From: Sedimentisphaerales bacterium
GTDB taxonomy: Bacteria > Planctomycetota > Phycisphaerae > Sedimentisphaerales > Anaerobacaceae
Length of the DNA stretch: 64,000 nucleotides
NCBI GenBank assembly: GCA_040772485.1
Contig: JAXGYC010000011.1
Coordinates: 1-64,000, forward strand
Direction of reading: 5' to 3'
The notes under the pieces are model-generated. The model was not told where the DNA came from. It saw nothing but the letters and a program-made list of their open reading frames with translations, and did no database searches. Made by a program: the position numbers and the translations under genes. Numbering within the stretch: position 1 is the stretch's first letter; the number at the start of each line of letters is the position of its first letter. Below are positions 39,227-48,544 of the stretch, piece by piece.

Positions 39227-40424
39227 CTGAATCATCCCCAGTTTAAGGTAGGGCCCAATGAAAAGGTCGACTCTTTGACGATGAGAGTTGGTGAAAGAAA
39301 TCACAATGCCAACTCGATCGAAAGGAGTCGACCATGAAACGCCAGGAGATTTCGGATTTTGTACGTTCGGTATGCTCTTGTCTTCGGCTCTCGCAGGCCA
39401 AAACCTTGAGCGTCTTGGTTCCGGCGGCGATGATCGTGGTGCGGGCCTCGCTGGCCCAACTGGGACGGGCATTGGCGGGGCAATCGGCGCTGGCCGCCAA
39501 GCAGGGGATCAAGCGGGTCGACCGCTTTGTAGGAAACACTCGGGTCGAGCCGAGCGAAGCGATGCGGGGCGTGGTCCAGTGGCTCGCCCAACCCCGAAAA
39601 AAGCTGCTGGTGAGCCTCGATTGGGTGGATATCCGCCACTTTCAGTGCCTGGTCCTGGCGGCTCGTCTGCGAGGCCGGGCCTTGCCTTTGCTGTGGGCGG
39701 TGTACCGTTACGAGGAGGTCTATCGCTCGCAGAACAATCTGGAATACGGGTTGCTGCGTCTGTTTCACACCATGGTGGCCGCTTCGGTCCGGGTGACGCT
39801 TCTCGCCGATCGGGGGTTCGGTCGAACGGAGATGGCCCGCGTGTGCCAGGAACTGAAGTTCCATTACATCATCCGCATCCAGCCGTCGGTGTGGGTGAGC
39901 AGTTCGCGGTTCACCGGTCGCCTGGCGGATTACCCGATCCATCGGGGCCAGAGACACCTGCTACGCCACGTCTCGTATCGCAAAGAGCGGCCCGTCGTGC
40001 AGGACGTGGCTGTGGTTTGGCTGCCGGATCAGTCGGAACCCTGGTATCTGATGACGGACGAAGAGCACCTTCGCGCCCAAGTCTTGTCCAAGGTCTTTGC
40101 GCGGCGGATGAGCATTGAAGAGTACTTTCGTGACGTGAAAAACAAACGCAATGGGTTTGCTCTGCGTTTGATCCAGATCAAGGATTCCCAGCGTTTGAGT
40201 CGGTTTCTGCTTATTCTGGCCTTGGCGTATCTGCTCCTGGTGACGGTCGGCCTGTACGCCTCCGAACGATTCCGCCCCGGCCGGTGGTGCTCCAACAACC
40301 GGACGGGCGAATGCAGTCTCTTCACCATCGGCCTGTTCATGCAAACCTGCCCTCTCCCCACCTGCCAGTATCTCTTGCGCCGCTTGAAGCACGAACTCCT
40401 CGGTCAAAACTGGGGATGACTCAG
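39227..40424 (+). mobile_element. IS4-family (IS10-like) insertion sequence, 1198 bp
   Basis: 18-bp terminal inverted repeats CTGAATCATCCCCAGTTT / AAACTGGGGATGACTCAG (one mismatch), flanked by the 9-bp direct repeat GTCCCGTCT at 39218-39226 and 40425-40433. Confidence 0.95.
39334..40419 (+). CDS. IS4-family DDE transposase
   Basis: SLDW, LLADRGF, and a YREK-like motif FARRMSIEEYFRDVK; stop codon lies inside the right inverted repeat. Confidence 0.92.
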   Translation: MKRQEISDFVRSVCSCLRLSQAKTLSVLVPAAMIVVRASLAQLGRALAGQSALAAKQGIKRVDRFVGNTRVEPSEAMRGVVQWLAQPRKKLLVSLDWVDIRHFQCLVLAARLRGRALPLLWAVYRYEEVYRSQNNLEYGLLRLFHTMVAASVRVTLLADRGFGRTEMARVCQELKFHYIIRIQPSVWVSSSRFTGRLADYPIHRGQRHLLRHVSYRKERPVVQDVAVVWLPDQSEPWYLMTDEEHLRAQVLSKVFARRMSIEEYFRDVKNKRNGFALRLIQIKDSQRLSRFLLILALAYLLLVTVGLYASERFRPGRWCSNNRTGECSLFTIGLFMQTCPLPTCQYLLRRLKHELLGQNWG

Positions 40425-41020
40425 GTCCCGTCTCTCTTGACGCCCTCCCGTCCCAGGTAGTCCTCGTAGCCGTCGTCCAGGTGGCAGGCGTGGTGGGTGT
40501 AGCGAACCCCATTGTGGACGCCCTCGACGGCGCAGCCGCACCGCCAGAGATAGAAACCGCGCATTGCTGTGACATAAGCGAAATCGTAGACTTTCTCGCC
40601 GATCTCGAAGTCGATCGAGCGTCCTACGCCGGGGACGTCGAGGTAGAACTTGCCGTCGCTATGCAGCTCTGAGAAATCGGCAATCCAGACGTCCTGGCTC
40701 ACGTCTTCCTGGCGTCGAGGTCCGGCTGCCCGGCCCGAGTATACCACCGCGCCGTCGGAGGCGCGCTTCACGGCGAAATCGGAGCAAGACGCGGCGATCG
40801 ACGCCTTCTTCGCCAATCCGGGAAGAAAGCCGAGCGAATTGAGACGGATGTCCGAATCCGCCGCCGGAACCTCACTCGTGATCGACAGGGCAATCACTGC
40901 AACAAGCAACAGACGTCTCTGCATTCTCATACCTCCTTCAATCCGCGTGCGACTCGTGGAAGGCGGATTCGATCTCGAACCGGCACACTGGGACGAGTCC
41001 GAAACATCGTCCCCGATGGG

Positions 41021-43228
41021 TCAGCGTCCCCGGCCTCGCATCGGACGGCCTCTCATGACCGCCTCGGCCCGGCTGTTGACGTCGTCCGAGACGTTCAGAT
41101 CGCGAATCTTCTGCGCCAGATCGCGGGCAGCTTGGCGATCCCGGCGAAGCATACTGCCCGCCAGCTCGACCGCCGCCAGGGCCGCCTCGGCCTTGAAATC
41201 GCCTTCCCTGGCGAGAGCCAACAGGCGTTCGGCGACCTTCGGACTCGGCACCGCTCCCATCGCGGCCACAACCTGCCGCTTCTCGTCGTCGCGACGGGCA
41301 TTGTCGAAGGCGCGGAAGCAGAGGCTCACGCGGTCTTCCAGTGGAGCTGAGTCGCTGGTCACGATCAGACGCAGCGCTCCCCGCGTCGCGAGGACGTAGT
41401 GCGTCAGCGAAGTTTCCGAATTCGATGCGATGTTCAGCAGAACATCGGCCGCGGCGAAATCAGGCCAGTTGCCAAGGGTGCGAATCCCCGCCTCGCGCAG
41501 GGCCTCGTCAGGCGACTGTGCGGCCCGTGTGACGACCTCCAGAGCCGCCGGACCGCCCGCCGCGTCGAGGGACATCAGCAGGGTAACCTTGACCTCGCCG
41601 GTGGAGTTCCTGACTCGTTCGATAACCGCCTCGGCCGCTGCCGCCTTGTCGGGAGCCTTGGTCAGCGCCGCCCGCAGGGCCGCGCCGGCACTGCTGCGAG
41701 CACCCTGGCCGCTCGTCTTGGCGACGAGATCGGCCAGCGTCCCGGCATCAACCATGTCCGCGACGTCCACCATCGCCTTGAAGGCAGCCGAGCTGATCTC
41801 CTCATCCGCATCGGCGGCATAGCCCGTCAAGGCTTCCACGACTCCGGGGACCCGGCGTTTGCCCAGAAGACCAATCGCTGCGCTGCGCTTCTTCACATCG
41901 CCCGAGGCCGCACTGGCACGGATGACCTCCTCCACGCGAGGGCCGACCATCAACGCAAGCCCTTCACGGGCCGCACGCTGAACCGCACCCGAGCCATTCA
42001 CGGCAATGTCCAGCAGCGCCTCGGCCGACTCATCGCAACCAGTTTCCGTCAGCGTGTCGATCACCGCCAGACGCACCGCTTCATAGTCGCTGTGCAGAAC
42101 CCTCTTGACCGGACCGACGGACGACAAATCGCCACGGTCGGCGATCAGGCCGAGAATCTGCACCTGAAAGTGAGGAGGCAACTCCGGCAGCACGCGTGCA
42201 AGCGCCCGCATCGGAGCGGTCGTCGGCGCCTGGCGCGCCACCTGCACCGCAACGCGGCCGACCCTTGGATCGCCGTCTCGAATGATATTGACAATCTCTC
42301 CGGTGGCCTTGTCGGGGTCGCACATCATCAGACCATTGATAGCCGCCACGCGAATGCTGAACGGGTTCGGGCTGTTGGGATCGCGAGTCAGCTTCGTCGC
42401 CCAGTTGTAGACGGCGACATAGACCTTGCCGGCATTGACCACGTCATTGTGCGCAGTCCTCTCCTGCGCGATGTCGATCAGAGCCTGTGCGACCTTCACC
42501 GAGACCGGACCCAGCGGTTTGTTGAGCGCGCCGAACAGGGCTTTGGCGCCCGCAGCGCCGCCGATGTTCGCCAGCGCGGAGGCGGCAGCAGACGCAACAT
42601 TGGGGTCCGCATCGCCCAGCGATTCGGCGATTCGTTCGATCGCCTCGGCCGCACGGCGCTGTCCCAGGGAGTTGAGCAAGCCGATCTTCCACGCGGCCTG
42701 GTCCGCCGAGGCCAGTTTCTCCAACAGGGCCTCGGTCGCGCTCGGGTCCGGGTTCTTCTCAAGGGCGCGACGGGCGTAGTCGGCCAGATGCCTGTCGTCG
42801 GCCGACATCAGCTTGACGAGGGCCGGGACCGACTCGCCCTTGCCGATCCGTTCCAGTTGCAGCACGAACCAGTGGCGCACGACGTCGGGCATATCGGCGC
42901 GATCGAGATTCGCGACGATCACTCTGGCCAGTGCTTCCCGTTCGGTCTCGGCGCCGGGACGGGCGGCATAGGAACCCATGTCCTGAAACATGATCTGGTA
43001 GTTGTAGCGGCTCGGCACATCGTCGGCCGACATCAATGGCATCAGGTAGTCGATGGCCTTCTGATAGGCCTGGGCCAACTGGGCGGCGTCCCGCGCCGGC
43101 GCCTCGGCTTTGCCGCACAACTGCTTGACCAGGTCGACGCCGTCCTGTGCCTGTGTGGTCGCGGCCATTCCCAGAAAGACCGCGAGGATGATTCCATGAT
43201 TTACGATGCTTGAGAGCTTGTTCCTCAT
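41021..43228 (-). CDS. Secreted HEAT-repeat protein
   Basis: Start moved to ATG 43228 after GAAAGGAAA (the track ORF extension overlaps the next gene); signal peptide; Ala/Leu-rich helical repeats. Confidence 0.85.
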   Translation of the reverse strand: MRNKLSSIVNHGIILAVFLGMAATTQAQDGVDLVKQLCGKAEAPARDAAQLAQAYQKAIDYLMPLMSADDVPSRYNYQIMFQDMGSYAARPGAETEREALARVIVANLDRADMPDVVRHWFVLQLERIGKGESVPALVKLMSADDRHLADYARRALEKNPDPSATEALLEKLASADQAAWKIGLLNSLGQRRAAEAIERIAESLGDADPNVASAAASALANIGGAAGAKALFGALNKPLGPVSVKVAQALIDIAQERTAHNDVVNAGKVYVAVYNWATKLTRDPNSPNPFSIRVAAINGLMMCDPDKATGEIVNIIRDGDPRVGRVAVQVARQAPTTAPMRALARVLPELPPHFQVQILGLIADRGDLSSVGPVKRVLHSDYEAVRLAVIDTLTETGCDESAEALLDIAVNGSGAVQRAAREGLALMVGPRVEEVIRASAASGDVKKRSAAIGLLGKRRVPGVVEALTGYAADADEEISSAAFKAMVDVADMVDAGTLADLVAKTSGQGARSSAGAALRAALTKAPDKAAAAEAVIERVRNSTGEVKVTLLMSLDAAGGPAALEVVTRAAQSPDEALREAGIRTLGNWPDFAAADVLLNIASNSETSLTHYVLATRGALRLIVTSDSAPLEDRVSLCFRAFDNARRDDEKRQVVAAMGAVPSPKVAERLLALAREGDFKAEAALAAVELAGSMLRRDRQAARDLAQKIRDLNVSDDVNSRAEAVMRGRPMRGRGR

Positions 43229-43269
43229 CGTCAATTTCCTTTCGATCGACGTCAACATCTGCAGGCCAA

Positions 43270-43297
43270 ATAGGGGCGAATAATCATTCGCCTCTAC
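43270..43297. repeat. GTAG-type REP palindrome, copy 2
   Basis: Minus strand reads GTAGAGGCGAATGATTATTCGCCCCTAT, 26/28 identical to copy 1; it overlaps the stop codon of the oxidoreductase. Confidence 0.75.
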
Positions 43298-44592
43298 AGC
43301 ACGTAGGGTGCGCGGCGCGGACGGTCGTACCAGCGCTCGGCGGCCGGATCGTCGAGGATTCTCTCCTCGGACGGATCCCAGTGGATCGGCCTTCCCAGGC
43401 GTTCGGCGATGCCGCTGAGATGGCAGATCGTCGCAGTGCGATGGCCGATCTCGGCGGGACAGATCGTCGTGCTGCGCGTCCGGATGCAGTCGATCCAGTT
43501 GCCCTCGTGGTCGTTCGAATCGTACAGGTGAATCTCGCTGGGCAGCAGCGGAGCCTGGGCCAGTTCCACCGGCCTGGTGTCGAGCCGGCCGCCGCGACTG
43601 ACCATCACCTCCCCTTCTGTACCGATGAACTGGATCATGTGGCCGCCCCATACGGGATGGTCGCGCAGGACCTTCGTGCCGTCGGCATAGTAGTGGGTCT
43701 GGTGCTGGTGGCCGGGCCAGCCTTTCGGAACGAATTTGACCGGGCCGGAATCGTCCATGCCCAGAGCCCACTGGATGATATCGAAGTGGTGAGCGCCCCA
43801 GTCGCCGTTCTTGCGGGAGCCGTACTCCCAGAATCGTCGCCATCCGCCGCCGTAGTCGCCCTTGACCCGTTCTGCGTTGTACGGGAACCAGGGCGTCGGG
43901 CCGAGCCATCGGTCGTAGTCGAATCCCTCAGGGATCGGCTGGGCCGGCAGCGTCGTCGGAGGGGCAAACGAGCCCAGACTGGTATAGATCGTATGCACCT
44001 TGCCGATCCAGCCGTTGCGGACGATCTCCGACGCTTTGCGGAAGGCCCATTCAGATCGCTGCTGCGAGCCGACCTGGAAAACGGTTCCGTACTGCTTGCA
44101 GGCGTCGCTCATCAGCCGCCCTTCGCGAATCGTGAGTGTCATGGGCTTCTGGCAATACACGTCCTTGCCGGCCTTGATGGCGGCCAGCGAGCACATGGCA
44201 TGCCAGTGGTCGGGGGTCACCACGAAAACGGCGTCGATGTCCGGCCTGGCGCAGAGCTTCTCGTACTCCAGATAGGCATCGCAGCCCTTATACGCGCCAT
44301 CGGCCGCCTGATTGGCGTAGGCTCGTTCGACCTGGCCCTTGGCGCTCTCCCGTCGGCGCCCGTCCACGTCGCAGACCGCCAGCACCTGCACATCGTTGCG
44401 TCCGAGCATCCCATTCAAGTGTCCGCCCATCATCAGGCCCATGCCGATCATACCCATCGTGATCCGGTTGCTGGGCGCATTGGCGCCGAAGACCGTCGAG
44501 GGCATGACGTGGGGAAACACCACGGCCGCCCCGAGCGCTGCCGCCCCTTTGAACATGAAGTCACGACGACTCAGAGAAGGCTTCTTCTTCAT
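43294..44592 (-). CDS. Tat-exported Gfo/Idh/MocA-family oxidoreductase
   Basis: SRRDFM Tat motif from ATG 44592; GMIGMG, TPDHWH, DVYCQKPM, QVGSQQRS, DWGAHHFD. Confidence 0.92.
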   Translation of the reverse strand: MKKKPSLSRRDFMFKGAAALGAAVVFPHVMPSTVFGANAPSNRITMGMIGMGLMMGGHLNGMLGRNDVQVLAVCDVDGRRRESAKGQVERAYANQAADGAYKGCDAYLEYEKLCARPDIDAVFVVTPDHWHAMCSLAAIKAGKDVYCQKPMTLTIREGRLMSDACKQYGTVFQVGSQQRSEWAFRKASEIVRNGWIGKVHTIYTSLGSFAPPTTLPAQPIPEGFDYDRWLGPTPWFPYNAERVKGDYGGGWRRFWEYGSRKNGDWGAHHFDIIQWALGMDDSGPVKFVPKGWPGHQHQTHYYADGTKVLRDHPVWGGHMIQFIGTEGEVMVSRGGRLDTRPVELAQAPLLPSEIHLYDSNDHEGNWIDCIRTRSTTICPAEIGHRTATICHLSGIAERLGRPIHWDPSEERILDDPAAERWYDRPRRAPYVL

Positions 44593-45375
44593 CGATTCAA
44601 TCTCCTGTCTGCATTCGTTCTCAGTCATCCTGTCGATACACATGTCAATTGCCGTCCGGCTTGAGATCCTCGCTCGGCGGGCCAGCCGTGCAGTAGTTGC
44701 GAACCACCCTGTCCACGCGAGAACCATCTGGCGGTGCGGCATCACAGACATGGGTTCCCAAAGCCAACACGAGTGCAACTATAAAGGATATCCCAGTCAA
44801 TTGCCATTGACCGGTGCAGACAAAATCCTGTCGCGCTTTGGTCCCAAGGCCGCCAGAAACCGACGCCTTGGCCGGGGATCTTGGCCCACCTTCGCCTTTG
44901 TCAGGTTATGGGACTGACTCTTGAGGCCCCTGCGGCAAATCGGGTGGAAATCTGATTCGCCCCTCCTTAAACCACCGATAGACCCCATTCTAATCCCCTG
45001 GAGGCAAAATAGATAATATAATCCACGTTACAGTAGACCGTTCAGCCGACGAAACCGTATATCTCTTCAAAGGAAATCCTGGAGGCCCGATAGAAAAGGG
45101 ACCGGCTTCACTGGGAATTTGTCAACGTGCGGCGAATCGGCTTCTCAAGTAGCGTGGCCGCGGGCTTGCAGCTCCCACAAACGCGACGTATTCGCGATAT
45201 CAGGGCCGATCCAAATCGGAGCGTTTTTCATACCCCGCTGGAAAGGCGGAAAAACGCGGAAAAAGCGTTACGAAACGCGTCTTCAAAGGCACTAATCTGA
45301 GCCAGTTATATGTCCGACATTCAGAATCAGAAACGGATTCGCAGTCAACTGTCTTGGTTCAGAGAGGAGTTCGAC

Positions 45376-48300
45376 ATGAACGGTGCAAATCGATCGCGTG
45401 TGAGAGGCATCGTGGCCCTGGCGGCCTTGTGCCTTATCGCTTCGGCGGCCTTTGGCGCCCCGACGAGCCTGAGCAACGGCGTGCCGGTCACGGGGATTTC
45501 CGGATCGGCCGGCAGCGAGCAGTTCTACGTGATCGCCGTACCGGCCGGGCAGGACGACCTGGAGATCCAGATCTCCGGAGGGACCGGCGACTGCGATCTG
45601 TACGTGCGCAGAGGGGCTGCACCGACGACCACGACCTACGATTACCGACCCTACAAGGTCGGAAACAACGAGACGGTGCTCGTGGAAAGCCCCGCCGCCG
45701 GCACGTGGTACATCATGCTGCGCGGCTACACCGCCTTTGCGGGTCTGACCCTTCAGGCCAGCTATTCGGCCAGCATCACCGTCGTGACGCTGAGCAATGG
45801 CGTGTCGGTGAGCGGCTTGAGCGATGTTACGGCGGGCGAGAAGTACTACAAGATCGATGTACCCAGCGGACAGACCAAACTCCAGATCAGCATCTCCGGC
45901 GGCACCGGCGACTGCGATCTCTATGTCAAGCAGGGCGCCCTGCCCACCACGGCCAGCTACGACTACCGGCCGTTCCTCTCCGGCAACAACGAGTCTGTCA
46001 GCGTCGATAACCCGACCGCCGGGACGTGGTACATCATGCTCAGAGCCTACAGCACCTACACCGGCGTGACGCTGCTGGCCAGCTATACCGGCGGCGTGGG
46101 CACACTCCTGAGCAACGGCGTGCCCGTCACCGGCCTTTCCGGCGCGCAGGCCAGTTCGAAGATCTACCGCATCGAGGTTCCGGCCGGCCAGACCAATCTG
46201 GAGATCAAGATTTCTGGCGGCACCGGCGACTGCGATCTCTATGTCAAGCGCGGCACCGCACCGACTACCACGGACTACGACTACCGGCCGTTCCTCTCCG
46301 GCAACGAAGAAACTGTCACCGTGAGCAATCCGACTGCCGGCACATGGTATATCATGCTCCGCGGGTACAGCGCGTACTCCGGCGTAACTCTGGTCGCCAC
46401 CTACGGCACGGTTCTGACGCTCGAAGACGGCGTTCCCATCTCCGGCATCGCAGGGTCCAGCGGCAGCGAGAAGGTCTACAAGATCGAGGTCCCGTCCGGG
46501 CAATCCGTACTGCAAATCAGCATCTCCGGCGGCACCGGCAACTGCGATCTCTACGTCCGTCGCGGCGCGGTGCCCACCACTTCGACGTGGGACTACCGAC
46601 CCTATCTGTCGGGCAACAACGAGACCGTCACCGTCAACAACCCGCCGGCCGGCACGTGGTACATCATGCTGCGGGCCCGCACCGCCTACAGCGGGGTGAC
46701 TCTCAAAGCGGATTACTGGTTCACCGAGTCGATCAAGGTCCTGAACAACGGCGTGCCCGTGACCGACATCAGCGGCCCCGCAGGCAGCGAGAAGCTCTAT
46801 CGCATCAGCGTGCCCGCCGGGCAGACGAAGTTCGAAATCCAGATCTCCGGCGGCACCGGCGACGCCGACCTGTACGTCAAGAGAGGCGCCGCGCCGACGA
46901 CGTCGGACTACGACTACCGTCCGTATGAGATCGGCAACAATGAAACCGTTACGGTCAACAATCCGCAAAGCGGCGACTGGTTCATCATGATTCGCGGTTA
47001 CCACGCCTATGCCGGCGTGACGCTCGTGGCCACCTATGGCGGCGGCGGTGGCGGAGACACCGTCACAGCACTGAGCAACGGCGTGCCCGTGACGGGATTG
47101 TCCGGCGCCACCGGCAGCGAGGTCTACTACAAGATCGACGTGCCCGCCGGGCAGTCGAAGCTGGAAATCCAGACCTCCGGCGGCACAGGCGACCTGGATC
47201 TGTACGTCCGCAAAGACAGCAAACCCACAACCACGGAATGGGATCACCGCCCGTACCTGAGCGGCAATAACGAGACCGTCACCATCAACAACCCGGCGGC
47301 CGGCACGTACTACATCATGCTGCGAGCCTACCAGGCCTACACGGGCGTGACCCTCGTGGCGACGTACACTCCCGTGACAGACCCGACCGTGATCACGCTG
47401 AGCAACGGCGTTCCGGTTGCTGGAATCTCGGGCGCGGCCGGCAGTGAGAAGTTCTACAAGATTGTGGTTCCTGCCGGACAGGACTTCCTGAGCATCACCA
47501 TCTCGGGCGGCACCGGGGACTGCGACCTCTATGTCAAGAGAGGCGCTCAGCCCACCCCAACGAGCTATGACTACCGCCCGTATCTGATCGGAAACAACGA
47601 AAGCGTCGATGTCACCAGCCCCGCCGCAGCCACCTGGTACATCATGCTGCGAGCCTATCAGACCTACTCCGGGCTGACGCTGGTGGCCTCCTACGGAACG
47701 AACAAGGTCGGCAACAATTTCGCGAGCGATCCGGCTTGCGTGGCCCTGTGGCGCTTTGAGTCCAATGAACTTCACAAGGACAGCATCGGTAACAACACCC
47801 TCACAATGGCTGATGACATACACGCGCGGACGCCTGTGTTCGCCGATACCGAGCAAGTTATCGAGGGCGATGCTAGCGGCTATTTCTCTGCCGCCTCACG
47901 ACTGGAAATAGCTGATGCTAATCTAGACACTGCCTTCCCCTTGAAAAACGGGGGGCCTTCAACAGACTTTTCCATCTGTCTCTGGTTCAGACTGGACAGT
48001 GATCAAGACGGCCTTAATACACTGGTCTTCAAGGGCACGGACAACCGGGATCGACGATCGTTGTGGCTATATACCGACGCTGTAGCGAGCACCACGAAAC
48101 TGCGACTACAGTTCGGATACAATAATGGGTTGAGCAACCAACGCGTCGACTTGGAAGATATACAGTCGAAACGCTGGTACCATTTGGCCGTGACATACGA
48201 TCTCTCAACAGGAATCACCGACTATTATCTCTATGACGAGGAAACCGACCTTGCGGAGTATGGCTCTCACGTGATCACCAATGCTGTGGCGGTCTTTGAG

Positions 48301-48441
48301 TCTCCTCTGTCTCTGGGCGCTCAGCGCGGTAAATTCGATTATAGATTAAAGGGCAATATGGACGAGATCGTTGTCTTCAAGGACGTGCTGACCTCGGCAG
48401 AGGTCAACCAGATTCGCCAGGGCAGCTACGGGAAACCGTAG
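45376..48441 (+). CDS. Secreted protein with seven tandem PPC (pre-peptidase C-terminal) domains and a C-terminal LamG-like domain
   Basis: ATG 45376 after GAGGAG; seven ~100-aa repeats (GVPV...SGGTGD.DLYV..G..PT...D.RP...GN.E.V...WYIMLR); C-terminal VALWRFE...WYHLAVTY...GNMDEIVVF. Confidence 0.9.
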   Translation: MNGANRSRVRGIVALAALCLIASAAFGAPTSLSNGVPVTGISGSAGSEQFYVIAVPAGQDDLEIQISGGTGDCDLYVRRGAAPTTTTYDYRPYKVGNNETVLVESPAAGTWYIMLRGYTAFAGLTLQASYSASITVVTLSNGVSVSGLSDVTAGEKYYKIDVPSGQTKLQISISGGTGDCDLYVKQGALPTTASYDYRPFLSGNNESVSVDNPTAGTWYIMLRAYSTYTGVTLLASYTGGVGTLLSNGVPVTGLSGAQASSKIYRIEVPAGQTNLEIKISGGTGDCDLYVKRGTAPTTTDYDYRPFLSGNEETVTVSNPTAGTWYIMLRGYSAYSGVTLVATYGTVLTLEDGVPISGIAGSSGSEKVYKIEVPSGQSVLQISISGGTGNCDLYVRRGAVPTTSTWDYRPYLSGNNETVTVNNPPAGTWYIMLRARTAYSGVTLKADYWFTESIKVLNNGVPVTDISGPAGSEKLYRISVPAGQTKFEIQISGGTGDADLYVKRGAAPTTSDYDYRPYEIGNNETVTVNNPQSGDWFIMIRGYHAYAGVTLVATYGGGGGGDTVTALSNGVPVTGLSGATGSEVYYKIDVPAGQSKLEIQTSGGTGDLDLYVRKDSKPTTTEWDHRPYLSGNNETVTINNPAAGTYYIMLRAYQAYTGVTLVATYTPVTDPTVITLSNGVPVAGISGAAGSEKFYKIVVPAGQDFLSITISGGTGDCDLYVKRGAQPTPTSYDYRPYLIGNNESVDVTSPAAATWYIMLRAYQTYSGLTLVASYGTNKVGNNFASDPACVALWRFESNELHKDSIGNNTLTMADDIHARTPVFADTEQVIEGDASGYFSAASRLEIADANLDTAFPLKNGGPSTDFSICLWFRLDSDQDGLNTLVFKGTDNRDRRSLWLYTDAVASTTKLRLQFGYNNGLSNQRVDLEDIQSKRWYHLAVTYDLSTGITDYYLYDEETDLAEYGSHVITNAVAVFESPLSLGAQRGKFDYRLKGNMDEIVVFKDVLTSAEVNQIRQGSYGKP

Positions 48442-48544
48442 AACACCCTCCAAGGGACAGTGTCCCGGAGCAGATTGGCGTCTAACGTTTTGGATCGGCC
48501 CGGTCCTCGACCGGGCCGATCGGTCTGGAATGTGCGGAGTTGAT

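Larger units (their letters stand above)
35896..40930 (-). pseudogene. GH9 (Ig-like plus endoglucanase) - GH95 (alpha-L-fucosidase) fusion gene interrupted by an IS
   Basis: Removing 39227-40424 and one 9-bp duplication restores one frame: ...[19 protein letters not shown]..., then GH9 NEIAINW, then GH95 [48 protein letters not shown]. Reconstructed length 1275 aa. Confidence 0.92.

Noticed and set aside
39301..40575. Extra ORFs inside the IS (39301-39957, 39961-40575, 39288-40118)
   Set aside because: Alternative frames of the transposase with no recognisable motifs
43229..43909. 227-aa N-terminal extension of the HEAT ORF
   Set aside because: It overlaps the Gfo/Idh/MocA gene in another frame; the RBS and signal peptide point to ATG 43228
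45225..45312. Possible c-di-GMP-I riboswitch upstream of the PPC gene (GAAA-loop hairpin, GCCAGTT)
   Set aside because: The conserved GGCAAA and GACGCAAAG elements are not properly present; it would need an Infernal hit to claim
45470..47700. Possible CRISPR or DNA-level tandem array (~300-bp period)
   Set aside because: The repeats are in-frame PPC protein domains with synonymous variation; there are no spacers or cas genes
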